Assembly: GCA_020059395.1 (NCBI GenBank)
Contig: JAGVCC010000110.1
Coordinates: forward strand, 1-53,622
Length of the DNA: 53,622 nucleotides
Source: Chitinophagales bacterium
Lineage (GTDB): Bacteria > Bacteroidota > Bacteroidia > Chitinophagales > Chitinophagaceae
Reading direction: 5' to 3'
Under the pieces are notes generated by a model. It was not told where the DNA came from, did no database searches, and saw only the letters and a list, made by a program, of their open reading frames with translations. A program made the position numbers and the translations under genes. Below, in pieces: positions 30,093 through 39,415 of the stretch. Every line of letters starts with the position of its first letter. Within the stretch, counting starts at the first letter, position 1.

Positions 30093-33000
30093 GTGAAAAA
30101 AATATTTTGGTTCTTATTATTGATTTCAGTTTGCTGTAATTCTCTTTTTTCGCAGCAAACCGAAAAGTTATATGGTTCCATTAACGAAGAAACATGGCTG
30201 CCCCATCAGTCTGTCAGGGCCATGTTTCAGGATGCTACGGGTAATATATGGGTGGGCACCAATGCTGGTTTGAATAAATACAATTTGTTTTCAGTTACTA
30301 ATTTCAACTTAACCAAAAAATTAAATAACCGGCTGCTCAATAATTCTGTACGCTGTATCAACGAAGATAATTTTGGCAATATACTGGTAGGTACAGAGAG
30401 TGGTCTGGGAGTTTTAAATCCTAAAACCAGTGAAATAGCTGTTGTAACAGAAAATGATGAAACGGTAGTAGAAATTATAAAGGGGCAAAAAGGAATTTGC
30501 TGTTACATTACCAACAGCGGAAAAATTTTTCGCTTTGTATCAGAAGCGGACAGTAAAAAAAAAGGTTCACCCCCTCAATTGATATTTGACGGGCATGCAA
30601 GTGATATTGCAGTAAAAACAATCTTTGAAATGCCGGGGGGCAATATGCTAATTGGGGCTGCAAGCGGGTTGTATATTTTTAATGTTGACAGTAAAAAATT
30701 AAGTACGCTGAATTTTAAATACAGTATTACCTGTATTTATGCTGTAGATTATAGTGCCATATGGGTCGGTACCGCTGCGGATGGTTTGTACGAACTGGCG
30801 ATATCCGGAACTGGTGCTGCTACTGTTGCCATTAAAAATAATATCCGGCCGGGTAGCAATACCGATGCTGTAAATAACTATATCGTTTATTTAAAAGGGA
30901 TTAGTTCACGTCTTATTACGGTGGCAACGCCTGCACAGGTTTTTATAGCAGAAAAAAAGGCAAGCGGGGTGGCTGTTACTAAAATATCTGATAACGTCTC
31001 TTTCAGGGAATTTTCTATTACCAGTTTATTAACTGACAAAACAAATAATATATGGATTGGCAGCAGAAGGGGTTTGTATAAAATGAAACGCCGTCACCTG
31101 CAGGCAGCCTATACCGCTGTTATGTCAAAAGAATACAAACAAGATAATATTTTAAATGACCTGTATTTTGTCCAACGAGATGTTTTATGGATGCTTACAT
31201 CATCGGGTGGGTTGTTTCGCTTTAACAGTCTTACAGGCAGGCAGGAAAAACTGCAGTTGAATTTTAATACGTTCAGGCTTGTACGTAAAGCTGTAAATGG
31301 CAATATTATAATACTGGCCGATGATGCAGTAATTGAAATACCAGCATCAGAACTATCTAAATTAAACCCGGGCTTTAAAGTGTTGGCTAAAGGGAATGAT
31401 TGGGAACTGGTCAATGATATGGCTGAAGTAGCCCCTGGTGAATGGTGGGCCAGCAGTTGGAAAAATGGTTTGTTGCGGGTATCAGTTAATAACAGCGCAT
31501 CCCTTACAGAGCTATATACGGAGGCAGCAAAGCGGTTTACCACTCAAAGTCATTTATTTGGTATAATAAAAGACATTAGCAATAATGTTTGGATTGGCAC
31601 CCGGGGTGAAGGCCTAGTAAAAATTAACCTGAATACTAAACATGTAACACGATATAATAAGGTAAGCAAATCATCCGACCGGATACTCTCTATTAAAGAA
31701 GACAGCAAAGCAAGAATATGGATTGGTACCCGTGGAGATGGTTTACAATTATATCAACCAGCTACAAACGACTTTAAAATATTTGAAGAGAAAGACGGGT
31801 TGCCTTCAAATTCCATTTCTTCTATCGAAGAAAACAGCAAAGGTGAAATATGGGTGGCTACATTAAATGGTGTTGCCTGTATGCAACAGAATCAGTTCAT
31901 ACCGTTCCAGTCGTTTAATCATCAGGATGGCATCAACAATGCAGAATTTTCGTTTAATGTTTCTGCTGCTGATTATAAAGGCAATGTTTATTTTGGAAGC
32001 GGCGCAGGTATGTACCAGTTGAGTAAAGCCGACATTGGTAATAAAAGTATCATGCCTGTAGAATGGACAAATTTCGAATTGCTTAAAAATGATAAGAAAG
32101 ATGGTGGAGATGTGGAGAATTCATCAGGAGCGGCTCCAAACCTTTTGCAGCAAATTGATAATAACAACCTGCTTACTCTAAAGCACAACGAAAACAGTTT
32201 TCGTATTGGTTTTGCTTCTCTTGATTTTACTGCACCTGAAAAAAACAGGTATGCTTACCGGCTTGTTGGTAAAGATGAAGAATGGAAACTGCTCCAGGGC
32301 GTCCGTCAGCAGGTACAATATGTAGGCCTTGCAGCCGGTGATTATGTTTTTGAGGTAAAAGCTGCAAACAGTGAAGGCGACTGGTCCAGCCAGTCACAAT
32401 CCGTAAACATACACATCAGACCATCATTTTGGGCAACCTCTTATGCTTATATTTTATACGCCTTAATTTTTGCAGCAATACTGCTTACTGCATTTCTATT
32501 ACGGCGCAGGTGGTATAAGTTAAACAGGCAGTTAGAGGATGAAATTGAAACAGGCAAAATGCATAACCGGCAAATGGTTTTTTATACCGACCTTTCTCAT
32601 GAAATTAAAAACCGCCTTTCACTATTATTAGGCCCGTTAGAGCAGGCTTTAACGGGGAAAAAAGTAAATCCACAAATATTAAATAATTTATATGAGCAGG
32701 GCCTACGTTTAAAAAAATTAACGGACCAGATAATGGATATCCGTAAAAGTGAAAGTGGCAGCTTCCTTTTGAATGTTGCAGAAGAAGATATTAAGAAAGT
32801 TATTCAGCAAATTGTAACTGAAGCCACGCCATTGGCAGTTGTAAAAAATATTAAGATATCATTCATCAGTCAGAAGGAAAATATAAAAGGTTGGTGCGAT
32901 GAAGAGCTGCTGGAAATTGTAATGATGAATCTGGTAAACAATGCCATTAAATATTGCAACTCCAACGGCAGTGTAGAAGTTAAAATTGACACTCAATACC

Positions 33001-34193
33001 TCGGTGAGAATGATTTACCGCTACCGAGTCACAAAGAAGGCAATTATTTATGCTGTACAATAACAGATACGGGCCTGGGTATTGCAAAAGAGGAAATAGA
33101 AAAAATTATACAGCCATTTTACCGGGCAGAGAATACAAGGCACAATAAAAAACAAACCCCGGGAACAGGTATAGGGCTTGACCTTGTGGCACGGCTAATA
33201 AGCAAGCATTACGGCAGTCTTGATATACGAAGTGAAATGAACCAGTTTACTTCGGTTAGTTTTTATTTACCGGTTGATAAATCAATTTATTCCATAGCAG
33301 AACTAAAACCGGATATTGTTCATGCACCCATTATTATTGCTGCGGGCAAACCGGAACATATCAATGAAAAAAAGTTAATTCTGCCTGCTGATGAATTGAA
33401 ATTTGCAGATGTTTTAGCAAAAAAGGATTGGCATATATTGGTGGCCGATGATAACGAAGAAGTACTCAAGCTGGTTGCATGTTCGTTAGAGGATGAATTT
33501 TCCATACACAAAGCTGGTGATGGTAATGAAGCTTTGGAGGTATTGCAGCAGCAGGAAATACATTTAATTATCAGCGACCTTGATATGCCACAAATGGATG
33601 GCCTTACTTTTTGCCGTAATATAAGAACAATAGATAAATTCCAGAATATCCCATTCCTTATTCTCACAGGCCGAAACTCGGAAGAACAGAAATTAATTTG
33701 CTTTCAAAATCAGGTAGATGATTTTATAGAAAAACCTTTTAGCACCGAATTACTGAAATGGCGGGTAAAAAATTTTTTACGCAGCAGCAGTAGCAAAGTG
33801 AAACTGAAAACGGTGATGGTGGTGGAGCCAAAAGATGAAATAAGAGAATCAGAAGAGGATGAATTTATCCAGGATATTATTAATCTAATAGAAAAAAATA
33901 TTGATAAAGATTTTTTGGATGTTGATTTTTTAGCAGAGAATATGTACAGCAGCCGTGCTACTTTTTATCGCCGCATGGAACAGATGGTAGGTGAATCACC
34001 TTCAGTTTTCATAAGAAAATATCGTCTCAAGAAAGCTGCACTGTATCTGCAGTCGGGTAATTATTCTGTGAGTGAAGCAGCTTATAAAACCGGCTTCAGT
34101 AATCCCAAATATTTTTCTAAATGTTTTCAAAAAGAATTTGGAGTAACGCCTACTAATTATTTAGAAACTTATTTTGCAAATAAATTTGAATAA
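30093..34193 (+). CDS. Hybrid two-component system sensor/regulator (beta-propeller, Y_Y_Y, TM, HisKA, HATPase, REC, AraC HTH)
   Basis: Repeated IWIGT blades, YAYRL..GDYVFEV, SHE H-box, GTGIGL, ISDLDMP, GFSNPKYFSKCFQKEFG; GTG start. Confidence 0.96.
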   Translation: MKKIFWFLLLISVCCNSLFSQQTEKLYGSINEETWLPHQSVRAMFQDATGNIWVGTNAGLNKYNLFSVTNFNLTKKLNNRLLNNSVRCINEDNFGNILVGTESGLGVLNPKTSEIAVVTENDETVVEIIKGQKGICCYITNSGKIFRFVSEADSKKKGSPPQLIFDGHASDIAVKTIFEMPGGNMLIGAASGLYIFNVDSKKLSTLNFKYSITCIYAVDYSAIWVGTAADGLYELAISGTGAATVAIKNNIRPGSNTDAVNNYIVYLKGISSRLITVATPAQVFIAEKKASGVAVTKISDNVSFREFSITSLLTDKTNNIWIGSRRGLYKMKRRHLQAAYTAVMSKEYKQDNILNDLYFVQRDVLWMLTSSGGLFRFNSLTGRQEKLQLNFNTFRLVRKAVNGNIIILADDAVIEIPASELSKLNPGFKVLAKGNDWELVNDMAEVAPGEWWASSWKNGLLRVSVNNSASLTELYTEAAKRFTTQSHLFGIIKDISNNVWIGTRGEGLVKINLNTKHVTRYNKVSKSSDRILSIKEDSKARIWIGTRGDGLQLYQPATNDFKIFEEKDGLPSNSISSIEENSKGEIWVATLNGVACMQQNQFIPFQSFNHQDGINNAEFSFNVSAADYKGNVYFGSGAGMYQLSKADIGNKSIMPVEWTNFELLKNDKKDGGDVENSSGAAPNLLQQIDNNNLLTLKHNENSFRIGFASLDFTAPEKNRYAYRLVGKDEEWKLLQGVRQQVQYVGLAAGDYVFEVKAANSEGDWSSQSQSVNIHIRPSFWATSYAYILYALIFAAILLTAFLLRRRWYKLNRQLEDEIETGKMHNRQMVFYTDLSHEIKNRLSLLLGPLEQALTGKKVNPQILNNLYEQGLRLKKLTDQIMDIRKSESGSFLLNVAEEDIKKVIQQIVTEATPLAVVKNIKISFISQKENIKGWCDEELLEIVMMNLVNNAIKYCNSNGSVEVKIDTQYLGENDLPLPSHKEGNYLCCTITDTGLGIAKEEIEKIIQPFYRAENTRHNKKQTPGTGIGLDLVARLISKHYGSLDIRSEMNQFTSVSFYLPVDKSIYSIAELKPDIVHAPIIIAAGKPEHINEKKLILPADELKFADVLAKKDWHILVADDNEEVLKLVACSLEDEFSIHKAGDGNEALEVLQQQEIHLIISDLDMPQMDGLTFCRNIRTIDKFQNIPFLILTGRNSEEQKLICFQNQVDDFIEKPFSTELLKWRVKNFLRSSSSKVKLKTVMVVEPKDEIRESEEDEFIQDIINLIEKNIDKDFLDVDFLAENMYSSRATFYRRMEQMVGESPSVFIRKYRLKKAALYLQSGNYSVSEAAYKTGFSNPKYFSKCFQKEFGVTPTNYLETYFANKFE

Positions 34194-34305
34194 TAATATC
34201 AAATACTGGAGATCTATATTCTACTCCGATAAAATATTATTGAAATTAATGTAAGTCGGCAGTATACTAAGTATTCGCTGGGCTAATTTGTACTTAAAAA
34301 TGTTA

Positions 34306-34812
34306 TTGCAAAATAGTTCAGTAGCATTTGTAACCCACAACCTAATGCATCCATCGCCTACACTAAACGTAACAGTTTCTTTCACACTAAAAGACTACGA
34401 AGGTGCTGGCGAATTTATTCAGCCAAGAGTTAAATCTTGGAAAGCACCTAAAAAGGGATTGGTTTACTACGATTGGTACGAGCAATAAGTAGGGGAATTG
34501 CAAAGCACATTCAAGTTTAATTTAATCAGCTTTGCTAATAAGTTGGTTCAACTGTCGCCAATTAAAAATGGTTGGTCTGTTGTTGAAAATCTTGATAAAT
34601 ATTTATCAGCAAATGCCGTAAAGTCAATTAACTATTCTAAAAATGAATTAAAAATTGTGATGGTTGAATCAGGTAAACTGGTTGTTTATAACGCATCGCC
34701 TATAAGCTGATCCTCAGCCAAAAAAATTGAAAACATCGGAAACGTTTTATGGAAACTTTATTTACCTGTAGGAAAGAAAAATTTAGAGGTGGTTATTTCT
34801 TTAAAGGATTAA
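34306..34812 (+). pseudogene. Broken duplicate of the Sip1/GH36 3' end (right copy of the direct repeat)
   Basis: Collinear with 5062-5552; AAA>TAA at 34486 and TGC>TGA at 34708; lacks the catalytic 5' part; own stop at 34810-34812. Confidence 0.93.
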
Positions 34813-35019
34813 AGAATCTATTGAAAAAATTAGCCACTTAATATAACTAAAGAAATGTTGACTTTCAAATAGGTTATTAATTATTACAAATAAGTACTGC
34901 CCCAAATTAAATTTACTTATATGGGAGTAAACGTAAATTATCAATTATCAGTTTTCATTTTTCCTTCCAATATTGCTACTAAGCTTACACGAAGAAAATA
35001 TTGACAAATTTTATGCTGG

Positions 35020-38000
35020 TTACTCCAGATAAATGGTAAGTTTAAATGAAGTTCCTTTAGCGGGCGCACTTTTTATAAAAGCTTTTATACCTAATTTACC
35101 CAACAAGTCATAAATAAGCGGTAGGCCAATGCCCTTAAATATCTCGTTGGATAAATCACCATTATTAAAAGCATTAACCATATCAGCAGGAATGCCATTT
35201 CCATTATCATTGATATTAATAACCACTACTTTATCAGTACTGGCACAGGTTATAGAAATTTCGCCATTTCTTGTGTTTTTATTTGCATTATCAATAAGGT
35301 TTCGTAACACTACAGCAAATATTCTTTTGTCTGTATGTAGAATAATATCAGTATTTAATTGGGTTAGAGTATTGCCATTTTGATAAATAAGTTGCTGGTA
35401 TAGTATCATTTCTTCATTTATAACAGTTTTTAGTGAAAACGGAACTGGGATTACAGAAAAATCATCTCGTTGCATGGCAGTAACCCATGTCATTACTTCT
35501 TCTGAAAAATTATATAGTTGCGAAGTGGCCGACGAAAGTTCTTTTAATTGGTTTTGCAGATCGGTTGTATTCATGGTGGTTGCGTTCTTTGAAACATAAT
35601 TTGTTACCGAATTAATAAACCGTAAGGGAGACCTGACATCATGCAAAATCATTGAGTTTAATTTATCTCTGAAATTTGACATCATCAAAAGTTTTGCTTC
35701 AGACGATTTAACAGTATCCAGAGTAATTTGCAATTGTTTCAGGTTGTTATTTAAAGCAGCGGTTTTTTTCTGCACTACCTGCTCCAATCGCTTTTTTTGT
35801 GCTTTTAATACTTTTACCCTTAGTTTTATAATAGCGGCAAAAAGCAATATAGATAAACCAGCAATGAGTATAATAAATTTCCAGCTGGCAAAAAAGGAAG
35901 TTTCTACATATAAGTTAACCGTTCTTATATTTAAACTGCTGTTATTTTTTGAACGTATTTCAATGGTATAATTACCCGGCAAAAGCCTGCTTACAGCAAT
36001 AACCCCATTTTTATTAATCGGCCTCCACTGTTCATTATCAATTGCCTTAATTCTGAATTCCAGTGCATCATCATCGTTTGTTACGCTGCTTACGGTAATC
36101 TGTAAAAGCCTGTAATTATGCTTAAGGTTAATTATACTATCAATAATCATGGCGTTGTCATCAATAAATATCTTGTCAATATAAATAGTAGTATTTATGT
36201 TCTGTCTCTTCAGGCTTCTTGCTTTTTCCGGGTTAAAAATAACTATGCCCTTATTTGATGGAACTGAAATATCACCATCCGATAACAGTAACATACAGTT
36301 TGCGCCAGCTCCATTTAGTTCCTCTTGAAGTAGGCCATCTTCTGTAGTAAAATGCAAATAGCCACTTAAAATTTTTTTGTTAGTTTTTGTATCTATTAGC
36401 CATTGCATTTTGTTAATGCAAAAAAGCCCCTTTGCAGTCGAAATCCAAAAGTAATGATGTCTGTCTTCTATTATATTATACGCAAATCGCAGGTATTCTT
36501 TTTCATCAAGTGGAACTTTAGTAATACTGTTATTTTTATAAAGGAAAATGCCGGCACCGGTACTTGTTATCCAATAATGGCTGTCTTTATCCTTATAAAT
36601 AGACAGGCAATTAGCATCAGATACCATAGTGGTTAACTGCTTATTAACTGAGTTAAATGTGTGTATGCCTTGTGATGTGGCAAGTAAAAACTCTTGTGCA
36701 TTTAATTGTGCAATATGCGACACATAGTTATCGTAATATGAAAAATGTTTTGAGAAACCTTTAACTTCTTCCAGCTCTTCACCATTAAAAATATATAAGT
36801 TAGTATAAGTTAGTACATAAATCAGTGAGTTGTAGCTACTCTTAAATATTTCCACAACCTCACTTTCAAGCTCTTTTTGAAAAAGCGTCTTTTTTGTAAC
36901 AAAGTCTTTTTTAAAAATTAATTTTCTATCGCCATACCATAATTCTTTTTTTTTATCTAAAAGATAACCACTAATTATATTTTTGTTTGACAAAAAATAA
37001 TCAGTAACTCTTGTGCTATTTCTTTCATAAAGGCAGTTTTTACCTAAAATCATTTTTTCTAACACTTCCAATTGGCTAAAAATAGTAACTTTTATAGCTG
37101 GTTTAAAAAAAGCAGCAGCCTTTACAACGTATAATCCATCTAAGCTTGCAAAATAATAACAGTTACGGGCAGATGAGTAATAAATATTAGTAACATTAGC
37201 TATGCTTAAGTTTTCAAATATCAATTGGCTTGATAAAATACCATTTTCAAAATTAATACTGTATAGTTTTTTATCGTCCGTTAATACATAGGTGGAATTT
37301 TTATTCCAGGTTACTACGCTACCAGATTGTAAAAAAAATGAGTTGGCCGCTATTGGCCCTGCTATATTTTTTATTTTATCAATCAATACCCCCTTTACAA
37401 ATGCGTATACCCTGTTTTTATCTTCTACAGATATCAATATACTGTCCTTTAGCAAAAAAAGGTTTTTAAAAGTAAAATTACTGTCTGTATGTGTGTACAC
37501 AACAGCCTCTTTATACCTGCTGACATACCACAATTTGTTTCTAAACTTTACGTAGAAACTGCCATTGGGTAAACCAAAAAAGGAAGCTGAATTATTACTT
37601 ATTTTTTGCTGCTCCTGTTCTGTAAAATGAGCTTTTAAAAAATTGTTGAATTCCAATTGGTCTATACCATAACCATTAGTATAATTTCCCCCTTTAACAA
37701 TTTTGTTTTTCCGGGCTGCAGGAAAAGAGCCTTTAAGTGAGTCAGTAATAATATCTGCTGTATTGCCTTCCCAATCATTCACTATAATATTTTGGTGCTC
37801 ATCTAAACTAATATCACCAAAAGTATACCCTAAAAAAGGGGTATTAGATTTGTTAAAAACCTTTACGCTAATGCCATCATACCTGTACAGGCCATTTTCA
37901 CCAACTATCCATAAATAACCATTTTTGTCTTCGTGGCATTCCAAAATTCCGTTTGAAAAAAAACCATCTTTTTGTGTAAGTAGCTTTACAGTATAGTTGT

Positions 38001-38070
38001 AACTCCTAGTTTGCCCGTATGCACCAGTTACTGTAAAAAGTAGTATAAATAAAGTTTGAAGAAAATACAT
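35020..38070 (-). CDS. Membrane sensor histidine kinase with periplasmic beta-propeller/Y_Y_Y domain
   Basis: Signal peptide, EDKNGYLWI blades, LPGNYTIEIR, one TM helix, LHDVRSPL H-box, NLIDNA, DNGNGI, GIGL. Confidence 0.92.
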   Translation of the reverse strand: MYFLQTLFILLFTVTGAYGQTRSYNYTVKLLTQKDGFFSNGILECHEDKNGYLWIVGENGLYRYDGISVKVFNKSNTPFLGYTFGDISLDEHQNIIVNDWEGNTADIITDSLKGSFPAARKNKIVKGGNYTNGYGIDQLEFNNFLKAHFTEQEQQKISNNSASFFGLPNGSFYVKFRNKLWYVSRYKEAVVYTHTDSNFTFKNLFLLKDSILISVEDKNRVYAFVKGVLIDKIKNIAGPIAANSFFLQSGSVVTWNKNSTYVLTDDKKLYSINFENGILSSQLIFENLSIANVTNIYYSSARNCYYFASLDGLYVVKAAAFFKPAIKVTIFSQLEVLEKMILGKNCLYERNSTRVTDYFLSNKNIISGYLLDKKKELWYGDRKLIFKKDFVTKKTLFQKELESEVVEIFKSSYNSLIYVLTYTNLYIFNGEELEEVKGFSKHFSYYDNYVSHIAQLNAQEFLLATSQGIHTFNSVNKQLTTMVSDANCLSIYKDKDSHYWITSTGAGIFLYKNNSITKVPLDEKEYLRFAYNIIEDRHHYFWISTAKGLFCINKMQWLIDTKTNKKILSGYLHFTTEDGLLQEELNGAGANCMLLLSDGDISVPSNKGIVIFNPEKARSLKRQNINTTIYIDKIFIDDNAMIIDSIINLKHNYRLLQITVSSVTNDDDALEFRIKAIDNEQWRPINKNGVIAVSRLLPGNYTIEIRSKNNSSLNIRTVNLYVETSFFASWKFIILIAGLSILLFAAIIKLRVKVLKAQKKRLEQVVQKKTAALNNNLKQLQITLDTVKSSEAKLLMMSNFRDKLNSMILHDVRSPLRFINSVTNYVSKNATTMNTTDLQNQLKELSSATSQLYNFSEEVMTWVTAMQRDDFSVIPVPFSLKTVINEEMILYQQLIYQNGNTLTQLNTDIILHTDKRIFAVVLRNLIDNANKNTRNGEISITCASTDKVVVININDNGNGIPADMVNAFNNGDLSNEIFKGIGLPLIYDLLGKLGIKAFIKSAPAKGTSFKLTIYLE

Positions 38071-38435
38071 ATATCTAATAAAATGGAAAAATAACTAAGT
38101 AAATAATAAACACTTTTGCATTTAAATGATTAACGCTCAGCTTTTAAAAAAAACATTTGCATTAACGGTATTCAAAATTATGCAATGCTTTGTTTTAAGT
38201 GTTGTTACATGTAAAGTGTAGTAACTAAAAATACTTAATAAAACCGAATACTTACACTGATAATAAGATGCTTACGTATGGGGTGAAGCTTTACAGCTGC
38301 ATTCTCTAAACAAAAGTAAAGACAAATGAGAAATTATGAACTTTACAACATCAATTTTGAACTATACAATAAGTTCTTGCGCTAAATCTAAATTAATATT
38401 GTTTTTATAAATTTTTAACAATAAAATAATCAGGT

Positions 38436-39293
38436 ATGACTAAAAAAATTTTTATGGGCCTTAGTTTGGCACTGTGTATTGCAGCCGTTAGCTGTAAAAA
38501 AAATGGTAACGACGTTGCAGCCAAAACCGATGGATTAAACGATGCAGACAAAGCATTAGTAAAGGCAGCTGGCTTTAACACTTACAGAACAAGTGTTAAA
38601 CCAGATGGCACCTTTATATTAGAAGGTGATGTACTGGTTACCAGAGATGAATTAAAGGAAATGGCTAACCAAAAACCGGCTCATAATATTATAATAGGGG
38701 GTGAGGAGCACTACCGTACTACTAATGTAGTAAGTAATAATGGAGCTCAGGTAAGAATACTTACTATTTCTCTGGGTTCCACTGGTTTTCCTTCTAATTA
38801 CACCACTGCTTTACGAAATTCGATTTCTCGTTATAATAACTTAAATCTCCGCATACGGTTTGAGGAACGCACCCCGGGTTCAGCTACCAATATTCGAATC
38901 TTTAGAAGTGATTTAGGTGGTTTTAATGCAGCAGGTTTAATTACACTTGGTCTGGCTAGTGGCTTTCCCACTAATGGTAACCCTGCTCCATCTTTTACTT
39001 TTAATTCAAATACGGCAGCAAACCCCTATTTTAATACAGCTACTAAAATTGATGATGTGCTTGCGCATGAAATTGGGCACCTTATTGGTTTTAGACATAC
39101 AGATTACTTAAGGAGACAGAGTTGTGGGGATGGCAGCAGGGAAACCGCAGGACAAATAGGTGCAGTACTTATTCCAGGTACTCCAGAACAAAATCAAATT
39201 TCCGCAGGTGATAATTCATGGATGATGGCTTGTTCAAATGGTACACCTGGGTTTACAAATTTCGATAAAATCGCTCTAAACACTGTTTATTGA
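38436..39293 (+). CDS. M57 family (dual-action HEIGH) metallopeptidase lipoprotein
   Basis: Lipobox AVSC-KK, EGDVL, EEHYRTTNVV, HEIGHLIGFRHTD, SWMMAC. Confidence 0.9.
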   Translation: MTKKIFMGLSLALCIAAVSCKKNGNDVAAKTDGLNDADKALVKAAGFNTYRTSVKPDGTFILEGDVLVTRDELKEMANQKPAHNIIIGGEEHYRTTNVVSNNGAQVRILTISLGSTGFPSNYTTALRNSISRYNNLNLRIRFEERTPGSATNIRIFRSDLGGFNAAGLITLGLASGFPTNGNPAPSFTFNSNTAANPYFNTATKIDDVLAHEIGHLIGFRHTDYLRRQSCGDGSRETAGQIGAVLIPGTPEQNQISAGDNSWMMACSNGTPGFTNFDKIALNTVY

Positions 39294-39315
39294 TTAAATG
39301 GTTTTTTTTGCAACA

Positions 39316-39348
39316 CAAAACCCTTTTTGCCTGGCAAAAAGGGTTTTG
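39316..39348 (+). terminator. Intrinsic terminator-like perfect inverted repeat after M57 gene
   Basis: CAAAACCCTTTTTGCC-T-GGCAAAAAGGGTTTTG (16-bp perfect arms). Confidence 0.8.
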
Positions 39349-39415
39349 CTATAAAATTATAAAGCACTTGCAGCAGTAACTATACCTCTATATGTAACAT
39401 AAAATCCCAATTTAA

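Noticed and set aside
34288-34710. ORFs 34288-34488 and 34498-34710 as independent small proteins
   Set aside because: They are in-frame pieces of the broken Sip1 duplicate.
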